Assembly (NCBI GenBank): GCA_039795775.1
Contig: JBDKLC010000005.1
Span: 3,654-67,653, forward strand
DNA: 64,000 nt
Origin: Candidatus Parcubacteria bacterium
Lineage (GTDB): Bacteria; Patescibacteriota; Minisyncoccia; Phycocordibacterales; CAIZLB01
Direction: 5' to 3'
In this document: positions 58,295 through 64,000 of the stretch, piece by piece
Position numbering within the stretch: position 1 is the first letter of the stretch
Layout of the letters: every line of letters begins with the position of its first letter
Notes under the pieces: model-generated
What the model was told of the DNA's origin: nothing
Databases searched by the model: none
The model's input: only the letters and a program-made list of their open reading frames with translations
Position numbers and translations under genes: made by a program

Positions 58295-59170
58295 ATGTCT
58301 CTTACAGAACAAAAAATCTCAGAACTTCAAAAGAAAGCTGCAGAAATTCGTATCTCAATTATAGAGATGCTTGCTGAAGCAAAATCAGGTCACTCTGCCG
58401 GTCCACTCGGTATGGCAGATATTTTTACGTATTTGTATTTTCATGCAATGAAGCATGATCCAAAAAATCCAAGTTGGATTCATCGAGATCGACTTGTTCT
58501 TTCAAATGGACACATCTGTCCTGTGCTCTATGCGGCAATGGCTCATGCTGGATATTTTCCTGTAGAAGAACTCAAAACTCTCCGACAATTTGGTTCACGT
58601 CTTCAGGGTCATCCTCATCGAGAATTTTTGCCTATGCTTGAAACAAGTTCAGGTCCTCTAGGTTCTGGTCTTTCACAGGCTGTTGGAATGGCCCTTTCAG
58701 ACAAGATCGACTATGGTCGCGCAATTCCACGACATGTGTATGCACTCCTTTCTGATGGTGAACACAACGAAGGTCAGATTTGGGAAGCCGGCCTTTTGGC
58801 TTCAAAAGAGAAGCTCGGAAACCTCATTGCTATCATCGACAGAAACAACATCCAGATAGATGGCTATACCGAAGATATCATGCCTCTAGCGCCTTTGTAC
58901 GACAAATGGCGGGCATTTGGATGGCATGTTGTTGAGATAGACGGGCATGATTTTAGAGCTATAGACGAGGCTATTAGTCACGCGCAGGTTATCTTCGGAC
59001 GACCATCTATGATCATTGCCCATACGGTTCCAGGCAAGGGTGTCTCATATATGGAAAATAGATATGAATGGCATGGAGCGCCACCAGGCATTTCAGAAAT
59101 AGCAGGAGCTCCAAAGAAAGAAGAACAAGTGAAGGTCGCCCTCGAAGAGCTTAAGAAAGGTTTAGAATAA
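58295..59170 (+). CDS. Transketolase, N-terminal subunit
   Basis: SGHSAG, RDRLVLSNGH, LQGHP, SDGEHNEGQIWEA, DGHD, GKGV; track start 58274. Confidence 0.93.
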   Translation: MSLTEQKISELQKKAAEIRISIIEMLAEAKSGHSAGPLGMADIFTYLYFHAMKHDPKNPSWIHRDRLVLSNGHICPVLYAAMAHAGYFPVEELKTLRQFGSRLQGHPHREFLPMLETSSGPLGSGLSQAVGMALSDKIDYGRAIPRHVYALLSDGEHNEGQIWEAGLLASKEKLGNLIAIIDRNNIQIDGYTEDIMPLAPLYDKWRAFGWHVVEIDGHDFRAIDEAISHAQVIFGRPSMIIAHTVPGKGVSYMENRYEWHGAPPGISEIAGAPKKEEQVKVALEELKKGLE

Positions 59171-59194
59171 TTTTATAAATACTTTAGAACTGAT

Positions 59195-59359
59195 ATGGTA
59201 GCCAACTTTAAAGAAATAGTTTTGAACGCTCTTGGTCTCGCACTCATCAATATTGAGATGGATGCTGAACTTTCAGATTCAATCATGGATAAAACTGAAA
59301 AGTGGTTTTGGGCGATTACACTGTTCGTCTTTCTCGGCACAATTTCGTATCTGATATAA
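59195..59359 (+). CDS. Small membrane protein (54 aa) between the transketolase halves (absent from the ORF track)
   Basis: MVANFKEIV..KWFWAITLFVFLGTISYLI*; the ORF fills the gap. Confidence 0.45.
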   Translation: MVANFKEIVLNALGLALINIEMDAELSDSIMDKTEKWFWAITLFVFLGTISYLI

Positions 59360-59366
59360 TCAATCT

Positions 59367-60377
59367 ATGTTTAGCACTCATATAAATCCCAATATTTTTG
59401 ATAAAGATGTAAAACAAACTGCAATCCGAGAAGGATTCGGTGAAGGTCTTCTTATTGCAGGAGAACACAATCAGAATGTTGTTGGTTTGTGTGCTGATCT
59501 TACGGAGTCTACAAAGATGCTCCAATTTAAAAATAAATTTCCAAATCGATTTATTGAAATTGGTGTTGCAGAACAAAATCTCGCATCAGTTGCATCAGGT
59601 ATGGCATCAATGGGGAAGCTTCCATTTATTACTTCATACGCTATGTTTAGTCCAGGAAGAAATTGGGAACAGATCCGAACAACTATTTGTTATAACGACC
59701 AGAAAGTTATTATTGCAGGTTCACATGCTGGTATTTCTGTCGGTCCAGATGGCGGTACACACCAAGCAATAGAAGATATAGCAATTACACGTGTCATTCC
59801 GAATATGACCGTCATTTCTCCATGTGATGCAATCGAAGCTCGAAAGGCGACAGTCATGGCTTCAACTGATGCTATCAAGACACCTACATATATTCGACTT
59901 GCTCGAGAAAAAACTCCTAGTATCACGTCGGAAGAAACTCCACTCGAATATGGCAAAGCACAAATTTTCTTTTCATCTGATCTCGCTAAGCTTGGAAAAT
60001 CAAAAGCAGATGTAGCTCTCATCGCAACAGGATCACTTGTATATAAAGCATTGAAGGTTGCACATGAGCTCGATGCAGCAGGTACAGCTGTGATTGTTGT
60101 AAATGTAGCGTTTATCAAACCTCTCGATGAAGAAACTATTGTTGCTGTAGCAAAAGAAGCGGGTGCCGTAGTTACAATAGAAGAACATCAAATTGCTGGT
60201 GGTATGGGAAGTGCAGTAGCAGAATGTCTTGCACAACATCAACCAACTCCTATCGAATTTGTTGGTGTAAAGAATTTGTTTGGACAGTCTGGAACACCAG
60301 ATCAACTCATCGAACACTATGGTATGGGTGAAAAAGATATTACAGCAGCAGTAGAGACAGTGATGAAAAGAAAATAA
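59367..60377 (+). CDS. Transketolase, C-terminal subunit
   Basis: ADLTEST, GVAEQN, GPDGGTHQ, YIRLAR, IKPLD, EEHQIAGGMG. Confidence 0.93.
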   Translation: MFSTHINPNIFDKDVKQTAIREGFGEGLLIAGEHNQNVVGLCADLTESTKMLQFKNKFPNRFIEIGVAEQNLASVASGMASMGKLPFITSYAMFSPGRNWEQIRTTICYNDQKVIIAGSHAGISVGPDGGTHQAIEDIAITRVIPNMTVISPCDAIEARKATVMASTDAIKTPTYIRLAREKTPSITSEETPLEYGKAQIFFSSDLAKLGKSKADVALIATGSLVYKALKVAHELDAAGTAVIVVNVAFIKPLDEETIVAVAKEAGAVVTIEEHQIAGGMGSAVAECLAQHQPTPIEFVGVKNLFGQSGTPDQLIEHYGMGEKDITAAVETVMKRK

Positions 60378-60446
60378 ATTTTTTCTGAATACAATTTAAA
60401 TGGGTTGTGTCAAACAGAGAAGAGTAGTAGAACTAACAATAAACAT

Positions 60447-60701
60447 ATGACTTCACAAGCATCAGAACAAGAAATACAGCAGGAAATAAAAGTAGGTGGG
60501 ATTTATCAAAGTTCAAAAAACAAAAACTTGTATAAAGTTCTTGCTCTGGCAAAACACAGCGAGACACTCGAAGATCTTGTAATATACGAAGCTCAGTATG
60601 AAAACACACTTTCAAAAGTGTGGGCAAGACCACGGAGTATGTTTTTAGAAATTGTAGAACGTGATGGTGTGAAGCAACCCCGATTCATTCTTGTAGAATA
60701 A
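60447..60701 (+). CDS. DUF1653 domain protein
   Basis: YKVLALAKHSETLEDLVIYEAQY..WARPRSMF..PRF; track start 60405. Confidence 0.85.
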   Translation: MTSQASEQEIQQEIKVGGIYQSSKNKNLYKVLALAKHSETLEDLVIYEAQYENTLSKVWARPRSMFLEIVERDGVKQPRFILVE

Positions 60702-60709
60702 AAAAGTCC

Positions 60710-61201
60710 TCAATTTTGGTCATTTGTCTGAGGAGTTTTCCAAGAATACTCAAGACGTTGTTTGTCTTCTACAAATTGATGATATCGCTCTTCTTCTGTT
60801 TCAAGCATTGTTGAGAGAAGCTCTCTGAGTATGTATTCTTCATTCCAGAGTTCGTCTTCTTTGTCTTCAAGATTTTGGCAGGCTAGTTCAGCTTCAGTGT
60901 GAGCTTCGTATGCTTCATTAATAAGGTGCATTTCTTCTTCTGTATATGTTGGTCCTGGATACTTTATACGAATTCGTTCCACATTTCGCCAACTCGCTCG
61001 TCGTGCTGCTTTCAGTTCTTGTAATGCTGGATGAATCTCATCAAACTCAAAAGAAATTTCAGTGAGTCTCTTGTTTGCTTCAGCAAACTCTTTTATATCG
61101 GGATAGTCAGTTTCAATAAGCGTACCTACTTTTTCACGTAATACATCCTTGAATGCCTGTTCTATATTTGGTGATCGTTCGCTCATGGTATAGAGATACA
61201 A
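60710..61201 (-). CDS. Acidic coiled-coil hypothetical protein
   Basis: Glu-rich helical ORF directly downstream of the PfkB gene. Confidence 0.55.
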   Translation of the reverse strand: MYLYTMSERSPNIEQAFKDVLREKVGTLIETDYPDIKEFAEANKRLTEISFEFDEIHPALQELKAARRASWRNVERIRIKYPGPTYTEEEMHLINEAYEAHTEAELACQNLEDKEDELWNEEYILRELLSTMLETEEERYHQFVEDKQRLEYSWKTPQTNDQN

Positions 61202-61210
61202 AATAGGAGA

Positions 61211-62206
61211 TTAGAGAATAGTTACATTCCAATTTTGAGGCGCAGTCTGAAGATAGTGCAGGAGCTGTTCTTTTGTAAGAAGACCCTTTTGAGCACCAAC
61301 TTCTTGGCACACTGACATTGAGTTAATAGAACCCCATTTCATAGCTTCCTCGATAGAGTGGCCAAGAGCTATAGCTGTAGTAAATGTTGATGCGAAAGCA
61401 TCGCCGGCGCCTGTTCGTTCGTAGGGCGGTTTTGGGTCAGGATATGCTGGGAGGAAGAGTACTCGGTCACCATCGAGTGCATATGAGCCTGCAGGTCCGT
61501 CAGTAATAACTGGAATCTGGGGTCCGAGAGCTTTGAGACCAGCGAGCAACACTTTTACATCTCGACTTTTAATTTCGAGAATTCGTTCTGCTTCCTCGAG
61601 GTTACAGAAAAATATTTTTGTTCGTTTGTAGAGTCTGTGAAGAGCTTGTACACCAAATTTGATCTGGAATGTACCTGGTTGGAATACAAGGTTGATATCA
61701 GGATGTGCATCGAAATAGTCTGCAAGGTCTTGATGGAATGAAAGGGTGTGTTCGCCCAAAGAACTCAAATAAAACCATCGTGTAGAACTTATATCTGGAA
61801 TAACATATGGAAATTTTTCGTGTTTGATAAGGATTGTTCGTTCTTGTCCGTACCACAATACAAAGTGATAGTTTGTTGCGAGACCTGGATACTGCTGTAC
61901 AAACTGTGTGTCTACTTTGTTTTTTACGAGTGCATCAATACATTCAGTACCGTGCGCATCTTTCCCAATACTTGTGATGAGGGCAGAATGAAGGCCCAAA
62001 CGAGCAGCCGATACTGCTGCGTTCGCACTGTTTCCTACACCTGCGATTTCTTCAGCAAATTCAAAAGGGATTTTGTCACCAAACGGCATACAAATTTCTC
62101 GTGTGCCAGTAGCTGGGTCATTCACTTCGTGTGCAACTTGCAGTCTGATAAATGCGTCTATGAGTGTGTCGCCGATAGCGACAAATTCTGGTTTATTTGG
62201 ATTCAT
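61211..62206 (-). CDS. PfkB-family carbohydrate kinase
   Basis: GNSANAAVSAARLG, NLEEA, ITDGPAG, ERTGAGDAF. Confidence 0.92.
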   Translation of the reverse strand: MNPNKPEFVAIGDTLIDAFIRLQVAHEVNDPATGTREICMPFGDKIPFEFAEEIAGVGNSANAAVSAARLGLHSALITSIGKDAHGTECIDALVKNKVDTQFVQQYPGLATNYHFVLWYGQERTILIKHEKFPYVIPDISSTRWFYLSSLGEHTLSFHQDLADYFDAHPDINLVFQPGTFQIKFGVQALHRLYKRTKIFFCNLEEAERILEIKSRDVKVLLAGLKALGPQIPVITDGPAGSYALDGDRVLFLPAYPDPKPPYERTGAGDAFASTFTTAIALGHSIEEAMKWGSINSMSVCQEVGAQKGLLTKEQLLHYLQTAPQNWNVTIL

Positions 62207-62319
62207 GCTTATTGAGTTTATGGCTAGAATTATATCATTGAATAGCCTCTACCGAAGATATGACATATGAGATGTGTTGGGGACAGTACCGGGAACGTTA
62301 ATATGCTATTATTTTGAGT

Positions 62320-63201
62320 ATGAATATGACTTTACGAGAATGTATTGCACAAGCAGTACACAAAAAACGAGCAGTAGGACATTTTAATATTTCAAACCTT
62401 GAGGGTCTTCATGCAATTTTCAATGCTGCAAAGAAACTCAATGTGCCAGTCATTGTCGGAGTATCAGAAGGTGAGCGAGATTTCGTCGGTGTAGAAGAAG
62501 CACGAGCTCTTGTTACAGCTCTTCGTGAAAAACATAAGTTTCCAATTTATCTTAACGCCGATCATACCTATTCATTCGAACGAGTGAAGGAGGCAATTGA
62601 CGCAGGATATGACGCTGTTATTATCGACGGTGCAAAATTACCTTTTGATCAGAATGTCATGATGGCGCAAAAAGCTGTTGCGTATGCAGCAGAAGTAAAG
62701 AAAGCTACAGGACGAGACATTATTGTAGAAGGTGAGCTCGGATATATTGGTACATCTTCAAAAGTTCTCGATAAAATTCCTGAAGGTGTAGGGACTGACC
62801 CTGCGTCACTTACGTCAGCTGAAGATGCAAAGAACTTTGTCCAAAAAACTGGTGTTGATCTCCTCGCACCAGCTGTTGGAAATATTCACGGTATGATCAA
62901 AGATTCACCAAATCCACGACTCAACATCGAACGAATCCGAGAACTCGCACGAAAGTCTGGTGTACCACTTGTACTGCATGGTGCTTCAGGAATTCTCCTT
63001 GATGATCTCAAGCAGGCTGTAGAGGCCGGTGTAGGTATAGTTCACTATAATACCGAGTTACGAGTTGCCTTTAGAGATGGTCTAAAGAAAGCTCTTGCTG
63101 AACACCCAGACGAAGTAGCGCCATACCGAATTCTTCAAGGAAGTATTGATGCGATGCAGGCGGTGATCGAAGAGAAGTTAAAAATTATGAATAATTTATA
63201 G
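62320..63201 (+). CDS. fba: Class II fructose-bisphosphate aldolase
   Basis: AVGHFN, LNADH, EGELG, APAVGNIHG, LVLHGASG; track start 62314. Confidence 0.9.
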   Translation: MNMTLRECIAQAVHKKRAVGHFNISNLEGLHAIFNAAKKLNVPVIVGVSEGERDFVGVEEARALVTALREKHKFPIYLNADHTYSFERVKEAIDAGYDAVIIDGAKLPFDQNVMMAQKAVAYAAEVKKATGRDIIVEGELGYIGTSSKVLDKIPEGVGTDPASLTSAEDAKNFVQKTGVDLLAPAVGNIHGMIKDSPNPRLNIERIRELARKSGVPLVLHGASGILLDDLKQAVEAGVGIVHYNTELRVAFRDGLKKALAEHPDEVAPYRILQGSIDAMQAVIEEKLKIMNNL

Positions 63202-63210
63202 ATAAGACCA

Positions 63211-64000
63211 ATGTCAACGTTACGAGAGAAATTACAGTCAGTTATAAAAGGGGAAGTAAAGGATGACAAAGCTACGCTTGTTCAATACAGTCGTGATGCC
63301 AGTGTCGTTGAAATCGTTCCTAAGGTAGTTGTATATCCGAAAGATTCGGCGGATATTCAAGCTCTCGTAAAATGGGTTGCTGCGAATAAAGCTGAAGATA
63401 CTGAGCTTTCTCTTACACCTCGATCTGCGGGTACGGACATGTCTGGTGGACCTCTTAACGAATCAATCATCATTGATATCAATAAGTATATGCAGGGGAC
63501 ATTAGAAGTTGGAGAATCTCAAGCTACTGTACTTCCGGGTACATTTTATCGAGACTTCGAAAAAGAAACGATGGCTAAAGGTCTCTTTTTCCCAAGTTAT
63601 CCAGCTTCAAAAAATATTTGTACAGTAGGTGGTATTGTTGCGAACAACTCTGCTGGAGAGAAAACACTGACATACGGTCAGACAAAACAATATGTACGAA
63701 AATTGAAAGTTGTTTTTGCTGATGGTAATGAATATACAGTACAGCCACTTTCATATGATGAGCTTGTTCTCAAAATTGCTCAGCATGATTTCGAAGGAAG
63801 TATTTATGCAAAGGTTTGGAAACTTATTTCAGATAATGCTGCGGAAATTACAGCTGCAAAACCAAAGACTGCAAAAAACAGCGCCGGATATTTCTTGTGG
63901 GATGTTTGGAATCCTGAGACAAAGATTTTTGACCTTACAAAGCTTATTGTTGGCTCACAGGGGACACTTGGTATTGTGACTGAGATCACATTTGATCTTG
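63211..64000 (+). CDS. FAD-binding oxidoreductase (GlcD/D-lactate dehydrogenase family), running off the window end
   Basis: YSRDAS..P..VVYP, PRSAGTDMSGG, CTVGGIVANNSAG, GSQGTLG; open to the window end. Confidence 0.85.
   Translation, partial: MSTLREKLQSVIKGEVKDDKATLVQYSRDASVVEIVPKVVVYPKDSADIQALVKWVAANKAEDTELSLTPRSAGTDMSGGPLNESIIIDINKYMQGTLEVGESQATVLPGTFYRDFEKETMAKGLFFPSYPASKNICTVGGIVANNSAGEKTLTYGQTKQYVRKLKVVFADGNEYTVQPLSYDELVLKIAQHDFEGSIYAKVWKLISDNAAEITAAKPKTAKNSAGYFLWDVWNPETKIFDLTKLIVGSQGTLGIVTEITFDL

Noticed and set aside
1-64000. Alternative genetic code (UGA=Gly code 25, or CGA reassigned)
   Set aside because: Long conserved ORFs are intact under code 11, TGA ends genes (e.g. 1515-1517 abutting the next ATG), and CGA falls on invariant Arg residues

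Overview
Bacterial chromosomal segment with gene content and style typical of Patescibacteria/CPR, probably Parcubacteria. This taxonomy is inferred from CPR-type hypotheticals, a VirD4/TraD-like ATPase, fibre-like surface proteins and scarce Shine-Dalgarno sites. In order, the window holds: surface proteins including a 2301-aa fibre/propeller adhesin; tRNA-Ile(GAT); pyk, pgl, radC, rsmI; a coupling-protein-like ATPase; a ~17 kb minus-strand glycan cluster with a UbiA-based lipid-linked pentose module; an O-antigen-ligase/TPR gene; a 33-aa Lys-rich histone-like peptide; a glycogen cluster; secA, obgE, gatB; and a glycolysis/pentose phosphate cluster. The most striking unexplained pattern is three unrelated, GC-richer solo genes with non-host Arg codon usage (30697, purM 44847, 54243). 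Each is followed by a GC-rich hairpin with a C-GAA-G loop that begins 42-44 nt after the stop codon. Two of them also share an upstream ATAAC-stem-loop-ACAAC motif with compensatory changes, and the third resembles a CPR diversity-generating-retroelement (DGR) target and abuts a truncated gene. Also notable are near-exclusive CGA use for Arg in core genes, pervasive leaderless-type promoters, and a tRNA-Ile with a Val-like body. All protein calls come from motif recognition by eye; no database searches were run.
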